DNA of 32,000 nt, from assembly GCF_005116715.1 (NCBI RefSeq), contig NZ_SWCI01000002.1:169120-201119 (forward strand). The letters are read 5' to 3'. The position numbers and the translations under genes are program-made. The number at the start of each line of letters is the position of its first letter. Position 1 is the stretch's first letter. The notes beneath the pieces were generated by a model. The model saw nothing but the letters and a program-made list of their open reading frames with translations. It was not told where the DNA came from and searched no databases. Origin of the DNA: Ferrimonas sediminicola. GTDB taxonomy: Bacteria > Pseudomonadota > Gammaproteobacteria > Enterobacterales > Shewanellaceae. Shown here one piece after another: positions 8,030-14,625 of the stretch.

Positions 8030-8905
8030 ATGACCGAGGACAGGGATGGGTCCGGCGCCGCGGCGCACGGTGGCAGAAGAGAGGCCCTGGTTGTGGAGGG
8101 CGGGGCGATGCGCGGCATCTTCGCCGCCGGGGTGCTGGACAGGTTCATCGAACGGGATCATTTCGCCTTCGATGGCTGCTTCGGCGTCTCCGCCGGCTCC
8201 ACCGCGCTGGCCGCCTACCTCTCCGGCCAGCGCGGACGTACCCGGCGCATCATCGAGGATTACTCCTGCCGGCCCGAGTTCATCAACCCCTGGCGGTTCC
8301 TGTGCGGCGGCCACCTGCTGGACCTGGACTGGCTGTGGCCCATCACCCTGACCGAGCTGCCCTTCGACTTCGACGCCTTCGAGGCCCGCGGCATTCCCCT
8401 CTACATTGGCCTGACCCGGGCCAGCGACGCCGCGCCCCGTCAGCTTAAAGCCGACCGCCACAACCTGGCGATGGCGATGAAGGCCTCCTGCTCGCTGCCG
8501 CTGGCCTACCGCGAGTTTGTCTCGTTGGAGGGGGAAGCCTACACCGACGGCGGCGTCTCCGACTCCATCCCGGTGGAGGCGGCCTGGCGGGCGGGCTTTA
8601 CCGAGATCACCGTGGTGCTGTCCCAGAGGGCCGGTTACCTGAAGTCGCCGCCGCGATTCCCCGCCCTGATGCGCTGGGCGTTTCGCCGCCATCCCCAGCT
8701 GGGCCGGGCGATGCTTGAGCGCCACCGCCACTACAACCGCACCCTGGCGTTTCTCGCCTCCCCGCCACCGGGCTGCACCGTCCGGCTGATCCAGCCGCCG
8801 CCGCAGTTTCCGGTGGGCCGGCTGACCAAGGACTCCGCTCTGCTGGGGCTGGGCTATCAGATGGGCGCAGCGGCGGCGGATGGCTACCTGGCAGGACTTG
8901 GCTGA
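8030..8905 (+). CDS. Patatin-like phospholipase
   Basis: The ATG at 8030 has an AAGGAG RBS. Oxyanion GGAMRG, nucleophile GVSAGS (GxSxG) and catalytic Asp motif TDGGVSD. Confidence 0.8.
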   Translation: MTEDRDGSGAAAHGGRREALVVEGGAMRGIFAAGVLDRFIERDHFAFDGCFGVSAGSTALAAYLSGQRGRTRRIIEDYSCRPEFINPWRFLCGGHLLDLDWLWPITLTELPFDFDAFEARGIPLYIGLTRASDAAPRQLKADRHNLAMAMKASCSLPLAYREFVSLEGEAYTDGGVSDSIPVEAAWRAGFTEITVVLSQRAGYLKSPPRFPALMRWAFRRHPQLGRAMLERHRHYNRTLAFLASPPPGCTVRLIQPPPQFPVGRLTKDSALLGLGYQMGAAAADGYLAGLG

Positions 8906-9780
8906 TGGGCCTCTGCTGGTCGGCGGTCGCAAAGGGGATGGCTGAGGCGCTGAACGCACCGGTGTCCCTGTCCTCGCCGCAGCCGGTCTGCGGCGGCGAC
9001 ATCAACCCGGCGTTTTCGGTCAGCGACGGCCACAACCTCTGGTTTGTGAAGGTCAACCGCCGCAGCCACGGCGCCCTGTTCGAGGAGGAGGCCGAGGGGC
9101 TGATCGCCCTGGGCACTCTCGCCCCTCAGCCGCTGTGCTGGGGGGAATCCGGCGGCTGGCAGTACCTGGTGCTGCCCTGGATGGAGCTGGGGCGCCGGGG
9201 TGACGAGCGGGCGTTGGGCCAGGCTCTGGCCCAGTTGCACCAACAGCCCTCCAGGGACCGCCGCTACGGCTGGCAGGGCGACAACCACATCGGCACCACG
9301 GTGCAGCTCAACGGCTGGAGCGACAGTTGGCAGGGCTTCTGGTGGCGGCGGCGGCTGGAACCCCAGCTGACCTGGGCCATCGAGGCGGGCGCCGCCCGGC
9401 TTCGTCGCTGGCAGCGGCCCCTGAAGGAGGCCAGCGACGCCCTGCTGGCGGATCACCAGCCGCAGCCCTCGTTGCTGCACGGTGACCTGTGGCGGGGCAA
9501 CGCCGGCTTCGACGGTGACCGCCCGGTGATCTTCGACCCCGCCTGCTACCAGGGGGACAGGGAGGCCGACCTGGCGATGACCCGGCTGTTTGGCGGCTTC
9601 TCCCCCTCCTTCTATCAGGGCTACGACAGTACCTGGCCACTGGCGCAGGACTGGCAGCGCCGAGAGGCGCTGTACAACCTCTATCATCAACTCAACCACC
9701 TCAACCTGTTCGGAGAGGGCTACCTGGATAGGGTGCTCTGTGGCTGCCAAGAGGTGATGCGCCAGGCCGAACGGGTTTAG
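8905..9780 (+). CDS. Fructosamine/ketosamine kinase family protein (YniA-like)
   Basis: CGGDINPAF...WFVKVN N-terminus, HGDLWRGN catalytic loop and DPACYQGDREADLAM. The start overlaps the patatin stop (TGATG). Confidence 0.85.
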   Translation: MGLCWSAVAKGMAEALNAPVSLSSPQPVCGGDINPAFSVSDGHNLWFVKVNRRSHGALFEEEAEGLIALGTLAPQPLCWGESGGWQYLVLPWMELGRRGDERALGQALAQLHQQPSRDRRYGWQGDNHIGTTVQLNGWSDSWQGFWWRRRLEPQLTWAIEAGAARLRRWQRPLKEASDALLADHQPQPSLLHGDLWRGNAGFDGDRPVIFDPACYQGDREADLAMTRLFGGFSPSFYQGYDSTWPLAQDWQRREALYNLYHQLNHLNLFGEGYLDRVLCGCQEVMRQAERV

Positions 9781-9826
9781 CCTGCCGGCCGTTACAGCCA
9801 TTCCCAACGCCGTCTGGTGATATTGC

Positions 9827-9900
9827 GTCACAGAGGGTCATCAAATGTCCCAAATCCAACACTCTGTGACCTGCCGCCTACCAAACCCCTGTGAAAGGGG
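9827..9900 (+). other. Two stem-loops downstream of the kinase gene: GTCACAGAG-N26-CTCTGTGAC and ACCCCT-GTGAA-AGGGGGT
   Basis: Perfect 9-bp arms at 9827-9835 and 9862-9870, plus a second hairpin at 9885-9901. Neither is followed by a U-run, so terminator function is uncertain. Confidence 0.3.
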
Positions 9901-10283
9901 GTAACTTAAACAATCAGTTAAATCAGTTAGATGTGGCCTGCCTAAGATGGCAACGACGAGCGCCCCCGCGCGTTATGGCGAAGCTTGGCCAACGTTCAGC
10001 CAGAACATTAATCAAGCCTTTAAAATTCAATAAGCTATAGGTTGGCAAAGACTAACCTCTCGGCAAAGCAAGATACTGTGCGTATGCACAGGTGTTGGTT
10101 GAATCCGCCTTTCCGCAAGCAACCGCCGCCTTGCACGCAGAACCGGGGTCACCAAGGCGTTGGGGTTCTAGCCTATCAACCTGAAAGGGTTGAAAAAGAT
10201 GGCGCCAAGCAAGAAACCCTGGTTTGAGGATAGGCGGACAACTTCAATGAGCGAAAGGCGGATTGGTTCCGCATATTAAACTG
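9899..10283 (+). other. Intermediate-GC flank with degenerate attC-like relics and GTTRRRY-type cores; no coding capacity evident
   Basis: Tandem AATCAGTTA x2 (9912-9929) runs into GTTAGATGTGGCC (9926-9938). GGCAAC...ACGAGCGCC...AAGCTTGGCC (9949-9990) resembles the left half of attC2, and the 9-mer AAGCTTGGC is shared with attC1. GGCAAAGACTAAC lies at 10043-10055. Confidence 0.4.
10102..10264. repeat. Long imperfect palindrome (about 165 bp) with 12-bp perfect terminal inverted repeat
   Basis: AATCCGCCTTTC (10102-10113) pairs with GAAAGGCGGATT (10253-10264). The interior is colinear and complementary in blocks: AACCGGGG/ACCCTGGTT, CCGCC/GGCGG, and tip CAACC-TGAAAG-GGTTG at 10177-10192. Confidence 0.6.
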
Positions 10284-10304
10284 TTATGTGGCAAAGGGAA
10301 TAAA

Positions 10305-10598
10305 TTGACTATTACAGCAAAAATAACTTTTTTGACGATTCCCAGACCTCCATATGGATATAGGTACTTTGGTAACAATTGCTGGATGCGGATGGACTCC
10401 GCAAAATTTACTGATTTAGCATGTGCATTGAGTTTTGAAGAAGGTAAAGAGTTTTTCGACGGTGATACTGCAGACGTAGAACTAGTATTCTACAACGGTG
10501 AGCCACTAGTTGAATCATTCGAAGAGGGAATGCAGTTCGACTTAAGGGTTCTCGATCTAAAAGTTGCAGAAGGAACCCTCACCAATGTATCTATTTAG
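10305..10598 (+). CDS. Cassette 1: small beta-rich protein with an EF-Tu domain-3-like sequence pattern
   Basis: A TTG start at 10305 follows an AAGGGA RBS inside the cassette; the track start at 10263 lies outside the cassette boundary. AKITFLT...GYRY...DGDTADVELVFYNGEPLVESFEEGMQFDLRVLDLKVAEGTLTNV parallels EF-Tu SEVYILS...GYRPQ...[40 protein letters not shown] as I remember it. Confidence 0.45.
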   Translation: MTITAKITFLTIPRPPYGYRYFGNNCWMRMDSAKFTDLACALSFEEGKEFFDGDTADVELVFYNGEPLVESFEEGMQFDLRVLDLKVAEGTLTNVSI

Positions 10599-10601
10599 CC
10601 A

Positions 10602-10709
10602 GCCACATAACAAACGCATGAATGAATGGACGTCTAAAGCTTGGCTGTCACTCGTTCCTCGCTAATTTTAGCCAAGCTTAATCCGCCCATTATGCGGGCG
10701 TTAGTTGCC
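10602..10709 (+). repeat. attC site 1 (about 108 bp, VCR-like)
   Basis: R'' is GCCACATAAC followed by AAACGC. The central stem is AAGCTTGGCT/AGCCAAGCTT. The end is CCGCCCATTATGCGGGCGTTAGTT with R' GTTAGTT at 10700-10706. Confidence 0.85.
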
Positions 10710-10720
10710 AAGGATAGCTC

Positions 10721-11182
10721 ATGGAATATTTATATCGCGGTGTTAGTGAAGAATTTTTTGAAAAGTTAGGTGGTAAATTATCACCTAAAAAAATGCATGA
10801 AAATTTTGCTACTTATGCGTCAGCAGGTGATCCACATGCTTTATGTGGTTCTGGAGTTGAGTGTGGCGAATCTACACTTAATACCACGATACTTCACCAA
10901 TGGGAGCAACTTGGTTTGCCTACATCCGGGGTGTCTTCATCACCAGATAAAGAACGTGCAAAATTTTATGCTTTAAACGGTGGCAAGGTCAATAAAGGTT
11001 ATGTTTTTCAAATTTCTGTCACAAAACTAAAAGAGCATGATGTATCAATATATATTGTTAACGATTTAGTGCCTTACCCTGCTATCCCGGAAGATAATGA
11101 GCATATTCTAGTTGCTAGTGATTTTGGAGCGATACCTACCCAAGCAATCGTTAGTGTTGAGTCGGTTGATATAGGCAACTAA
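10721..11182 (+). CDS. Cassette 2: putative R-S-E class mono-ADP-ribosyltransferase-like protein (153 aa)
   Basis: AAGGA RBS. Three motifs occur in ART order and spacing: LYRGV (aa 4-8), GVSSSPDKERAKFYA (STS-like, aa 69-83) and PEDNEHILV ((Q/E)xE-like, around aa 123-131). The stop TAA lies inside the attC2 R'' box. Confidence 0.45.
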   Translation: MEYLYRGVSEEFFEKLGGKLSPKKMHENFATYASAGDPHALCGSGVECGESTLNTTILHQWEQLGLPTSGVSSSPDKERAKFYALNGGKVNKGYVFQISVTKLKEHDVSIYIVNDLVPYPAIPEDNEHILVASDFGAIPTQAIVSVESVDIGN

Positions 11183-11280
11183 CAAACGCCTTAAAAAATG
11201 GACGCAAAACGCTTGGCTTGCGCTCATTCTTCGCTAATTTTAGCCAAGCATTTTCCGCCTCTTAGGCGGGCGTTAAATTC
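11174..11280 (+). repeat. attC site 2 (about 107 bp, VCR-like, paralogous to attC1)
   Basis: GGCAACTAAC-AAACGCC...AACGCTTGGCTT...CGCTAATTTTAGCCAAGC...CCGCCTCTTAGGCGGGCGTTAAAT, with R' GTTAAAT at 11272-11278. Confidence 0.85.
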
Positions 11281-11294
11281 TAAGGGAGTACTGA

Positions 11295-12227
11295 GTGCAG
11301 TCTGTAATATTCGCAAAGAAGCTAGCAAGAGCCTGGAGCACTGAATCTAGTAAATCCAACTTTTCCGAGGTTCAGCAGTTCAGAGCATTAATGAGAAGCT
11401 TTGCTACGTTACGTGGGCCATTCAACATCGAAGAGTTTCACGGAATGAAACATCAAGTTGTTTTTAATGGTAAAGGTAGTTGGGGGCGTCCATCCGCAAG
11501 ATGCGAAATTTCTGACTTGCTTATTGTGTCGTATAAGTAAAACCCTGAATTTCAGGCTAGAGTCACATTATTGCAAGCAAAGAAATCAAACGAAAAGCAC
11601 ACTAGTTTGTGTTGTGGTCTCGGTCATTCTGTTCCCTATACAGACTTTAAAGCGAACCTAGAGCAGTGGGACTTATTATCTCGTCGGCCAAATGTGCTTC
11701 CGTACCCGCCTTTTGATTGTCATCCAGAGATTCTAAGTGGGGCGATACTACCATCTATTGGTTCACTAGGCGTCTTTCACAGATACTCCGGTAAAAACTA
11801 TGGTTTCTTTTACATGTCTGCGGATTCGGCTGAGCCTTTAAGCTTTCCAAAGCGTAAACACGCAAAATTGAAAACCAAGACAACTACAAATTATAGAAAT
11901 TTACATGGATACACCGAATGCACTTACGCGTGCTGTTTGTCTACATTTGCAAGAGCACTTTATGAGCTGGAAATCGGCACCCCTATTGAGCCAAAAAATG
12001 TTACAAGTAAAAAGGACGAGAACTACAGAAATATTTTTAGGGGTTGGTTGCGCACGGTTTTATATAGTCACCTAGAAATGACTGATAATAACTCTGAATT
12101 GGCGAGAGACTTACTTAGTCAAATTGATTCAGAGTATGACGGGGAGTTCATGGGCGAACCACCATCGTTGTTGCTCCTCAACTGTGATGACATCGAATTT
12201 AACAAGCAAAGGCAGTCGGACGCGTAA
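11295..12227 (+). pseudogene. Cassette 3: about 310-codon gene interrupted by one in-frame TAA (11538-11540); PD-(D/E)xK nuclease-like motif spans the stop
   Basis: Track ORFs 11295-11540 and 11571-12227 share a frame, and the only stop between them is TAA at 11538. The joined reading is ...ARCEISDLLIVSYK*NPEFQARVTLLQAKKS..., which fits hhhD-x(n)-hhQxK. The second ORF has no RBS, while the first GTG has a GGGAG RBS. Confidence 0.55.
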
Positions 12228-12255
12228 ACGCGCCGCTGCTTAGAGCGTTATAAGT
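12195..12255 (+). repeat. attC site 3 (short, about 61 bp)
   Basis: R'' is GAATTTAAC. The imperfect inner palindrome is GCAGTCGGACGCG/CGCGCCGCTGC. R' GTTATAA lies at 12247-12253. The stop codon of the cassette 3 ORF is inside it. Confidence 0.75.
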
Positions 12256-12265
12256 TTGAGGAAAT

Positions 12266-12931
12266 ATGACAACAGTCAGAGAAGTTTTAGTTCGTACAGA
12301 ACAAACGTTGGAAACTGCAAAGCATGGCTTTGACGACCTAGTTTCATCAAACATGACTCGACGTTTTACTGGTTTAAGGAACCTTATCGTATTTGGTCGT
12401 TCGGTAACTTTTGCGCTTCAAAATTTAAGGACTGCTGTTGGTAAAGAAAGATTCGATGCATGGTATGAACCTCATCAAGAATCGATGAAGCAAGATGTGG
12501 TGATGAAATACTTTGTGAAACTCAGAAACGAACTTGAAAAACAAGGACGTTTACCTGTCTCGACATCAGCACGTATCCATAATTTTTCTTCTGATATGAT
12601 CTCACAATATAAGAAGCCACCGGGTGCTGTTGGTTTTTTCATCGGTGATCAACTCGGTGGTAGCGGTTTTGAAGTTGAGCTTCCAGATGGTAGCAAGGAA
12701 AAATATTACGTTGAAATACCAACCAGTGTTGCAGAGGTAACACAACATTTTAACGAATTACCTGTGCCTGATGACGATGAACTAAAATCAAAGACTATTG
12801 AGCAACTTTCTGAACATTTCCTCAAATCTTTAGAGGCTCTTCTGGATAACGCAAGAAAAGAGTTTCTTGACCAAGACACACAAATCATAAATGGACGCCG
12901 GTTGCCACCATACATGAGAGTGGTGAAATAA
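12266..12931 (+). CDS. Cassette 4: hypothetical 221-aa protein, no recognisable family
   Basis: A GAGGAAA RBS precedes the ATG. This is the only ORF filling the 809-bp cassette. The N-terminal half looks helical (RFTGLRNLIVFGRSVTFALQNLRT) and the C-terminus is acidic. Confidence 0.6.
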   Translation: MTTVREVLVRTEQTLETAKHGFDDLVSSNMTRRFTGLRNLIVFGRSVTFALQNLRTAVGKERFDAWYEPHQESMKQDVVMKYFVKLRNELEKQGRLPVSTSARIHNFSSDMISQYKKPPGAVGFFIGDQLGGSGFEVELPDGSKEKYYVEIPTSVAEVTQHFNELPVPDDDELKSKTIEQLSEHFLKSLEALLDNARKEFLDQDTQIINGRRLPPYMRVVK

Positions 12932-13064
12932 AACTTATAACAAACAATTAAAGAGGGATTCTCAACGCTTGGCATTTTTGCTTCTACTTCAATTTTAGTG
13001 GTTACGGTACAATGCTTTAGGTTGGGTGGTAGCGTTGCTCACCCCTTAATTGGGCGTTGATATG
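12931..13064 (+). repeat. attC site 4 (about 130 bp, closest to the Vibrio cholerae repeat type)
   Basis: AAACTTATAAC-AAACAATTAAAGAGGGATTCTCAACGCTTGGCATTT...CACCCCTTAATTGGGCGTTGATA. This parallels the VCR consensus TAACAAACGCCTCAAGAGGGACTGTCAACGCGTGGCGTTT...CCCCTTAGGCGGGCGTTA as I remember it. Confidence 0.75.
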
Positions 13065-13171
13065 ATTCCCCTGTCAGTAGACGCAGATCTGTTCAGGCCG
13101 GGCCCCAAAAGGCCGGTCTGTGCCGTGAAGCCTGAAGCGCCACCGCCCGCGTTTCCCGAATCAGATGGCTT

Positions 13172-13180
13172 TGTTATACT
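13172..13180 (+). promoter_or_regulatory. Extended -10 promoter element TGTTATACT upstream of the helicase gene
   Basis: TG at 13172-13173 and TATACT at 13175-13180, about 60 nt upstream of ATG 13242. The -35 is weak (TTTCCC). Confidence 0.35.
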
Positions 13181-13241
13181 CGCCGCCCCTGTCCGCGGCC
13201 GTCTTTTGCCGAGCCGTTGTTTCACCTGAATGAGACCGCCG

Positions 13242-14441
13242 ATGCCTTTCTCACGCCTGGGCTTATCCGCCCCACTTGTCGACGCCGTAACCGAAGCCGG
13301 GTACAGCGAGCCTACCCCGATTCAGCACAAGGCCATTCCCGTGGTGCTGCGGGGCGACAACCTGATCGCCGCGGCACAAACCGGAACCGGCAAGACCGCC
13401 AGTTTTGTGCTGCCGATTCTGCAGCGGTTGAGTCAGGGCAGTCGTGGACGCAAGAAGCGGGTCCGGGCTCTGATCATCGCTCCGACCCGGGAGTTGGTGG
13501 TACAGGTGGCCGACAGTGTCGAGCGCTATGCCCGCCACCTGCCGCTAACCTGCATGCCCATGTACGGTGGCGTAGACATTGAGCCGCAGCGCCAAGCCCT
13601 GCTGGATGGGGTTGATGTGTTGGTGGCCACCCCGGGACGGCTGTTGGACATGTACAGTCGCCGTGCCGTCCATTTCGATGAGGTGGAACTGCTGGTGTTG
13701 GACGAAGCCGACAAGATGCTCGACATGGGCTTTATTGACGACATCAATGACATCGTGGTCAAGCTGCCAACCGATCGCCAGTCTCTGCTGTTTTCTGCCA
13801 CCCTGTCCAACAAGGTGCGGGCCCTGGCCAAGAGCGCGATCACCGACGCGGTTGAGATCAGCATTGCCGCCAGTCAGGCCAGCAAGGCGACCATCAGCCA
13901 GTGGCTGACGACCGTGGATAAAGACAGGAAGTCGGCGCTGCTGAGCCACCTGATCCAAACCACTCCCTGGAACCAGGCGCTTGTCTTCATCGAGACCAAG
14001 CACGGCGCGGCCAAGCTGGTGAGTCAATTGGCCAAACGCGGCATCAAGGCCGAATGTATCCACAGTGGCCGTAGCCAGGCGGTCAGGGAACAGATACTGG
14101 CCGATTTTAAGGATGGGAAGATTCGTTATCTGGTGGCCACCGGCGTTGCCGCCCGTGGCATCGACATCGATAACCTGGAGCGGGTGGTGAACTATGACCT
14201 GCCGTTCCCGGCGGATGAGTATGTCCACCGCATTGGTCGTACCGGCCGAGCCGGCGCCAGCGGCGAAGCGGTGTCACTGGTCTCAAAGGACGACTTCAAG
14301 AACCTGTGCATGATTGAAAGCCGGTTGAATCACTTGATTGAGCGCCGCGAGGTTGAGGGGTTTGCACCGAGAAAAGTGGTGCCGGTATCGATCTTAAATT
14401 ATGTTCCCAAGGCCAAACGACAGGCCGACAACCCCAAGTAG
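13242..14441 (+). CDS. rhlE: ATP-dependent DEAD-box RNA helicase (RhlE-like)
   Basis: MPFSRLGLS... N-terminus with the Q-motif (YSEPTPIQ), AQTGTGKT, DEAD (VLDEADKM), SAT and HRIGRTGRAG. The start was chosen at the second ATG by homology to RhlE N-termini. Confidence 0.88.
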   Translation: MPFSRLGLSAPLVDAVTEAGYSEPTPIQHKAIPVVLRGDNLIAAAQTGTGKTASFVLPILQRLSQGSRGRKKRVRALIIAPTRELVVQVADSVERYARHLPLTCMPMYGGVDIEPQRQALLDGVDVLVATPGRLLDMYSRRAVHFDEVELLVLDEADKMLDMGFIDDINDIVVKLPTDRQSLLFSATLSNKVRALAKSAITDAVEISIAASQASKATISQWLTTVDKDRKSALLSHLIQTTPWNQALVFIETKHGAAKLVSQLAKRGIKAECIHSGRSQAVREQILADFKDGKIRYLVATGVAARGIDIDNLERVVNYDLPFPADEYVHRIGRTGRAGASGEAVSLVSKDDFKNLCMIESRLNHLIERREVEGFAPRKVVPVSILNYVPKAKRQADNPK

Positions 14442-14625
14442 CGGGTATATCGTCCAGGCCAGCTCTGCTGATGTGCGGCCTTAGGCACGGCTGTCGCTCC
14501 TTGAGAGTGAACAACTAGGCGAGTCGCGGCCGATGACTGCTGCTGATATCCTGGGTGACAGGATAGGTTGGCCGGCTCAACCCGCCATAGGGGAGTGTTA
14601 GGTCGAATAGCAGGGAGATCGGTGA

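Larger units (their letters stand above)
10284..13064 (+). mobile_element. Array of four integron gene cassettes with attC sites; no integrase in the window (attC cluster lacking an integrase)
   Basis: GC drops abruptly to about 27-40%. Cassette junctions G|TT lie at 10283/4, 10700/1, 11272/3, 12247/8 and 13056/7. Each cassette start is the exact reverse complement of its own attC R'' box, over 10, 10, 9 and 11 bases. All ORFs are co-oriented. Confidence 0.85.

Noticed and set aside
10040-10100. Possible c-di-GMP-I (GEMM-I) riboswitch because of repeated GGCAAAG motifs
   Set aside because: The conserved GEMM cores (ACGCAAAGCC, tetraloop and receptor pairing) are absent. The repeats are better explained as attC R''-like relics.
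10042-10227. 61-aa ORF in the left flank of the cassette array
   Set aside because: It has no RBS, it starts within an attC-like relic, and it runs through the arms of the long palindrome. Its composition (Arg/Pro/Gln-rich) looks non-coding.
10078-10290. Possible group IIC-attC intron (GTGCG at 10078, GAAA-loop hairpin at 10177-10192)
   Set aside because: The element is far too short (about 200 bp). The hairpin lacks the domain V AGC triad and bulge geometry, and there is no reverse transcriptase ORF.
11538-11556. Programmed stop-codon readthrough at TAA 11538, stimulated by the downstream palindrome
   Set aside because: TAA is the least leaky stop codon, and the stem is only 5-6 bp of AT-rich pairs. 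Nonsense inactivation of a captured nuclease gene is the simpler explanation, so this is kept only as a minor alternative within the cassette 3 finding.
9886-13074. CCCCTGT direct repeat (9886-9892 and 13068-13074) as a possible target-site duplication flanking the whole island
   Set aside because: A 7-mer match between two roughly 100-bp flanks is expected by chance with probability of about one half. Integron cassette insertion does not create such duplications either.
13086-13115. GC-rich hairpin CAGGCCGG...CCGGTCTG after attC4 as a terminator for the array
   Set aside because: The stem has a mismatch, several alternative pairings are possible, and no U-run follows. The support is too weak to annotate.
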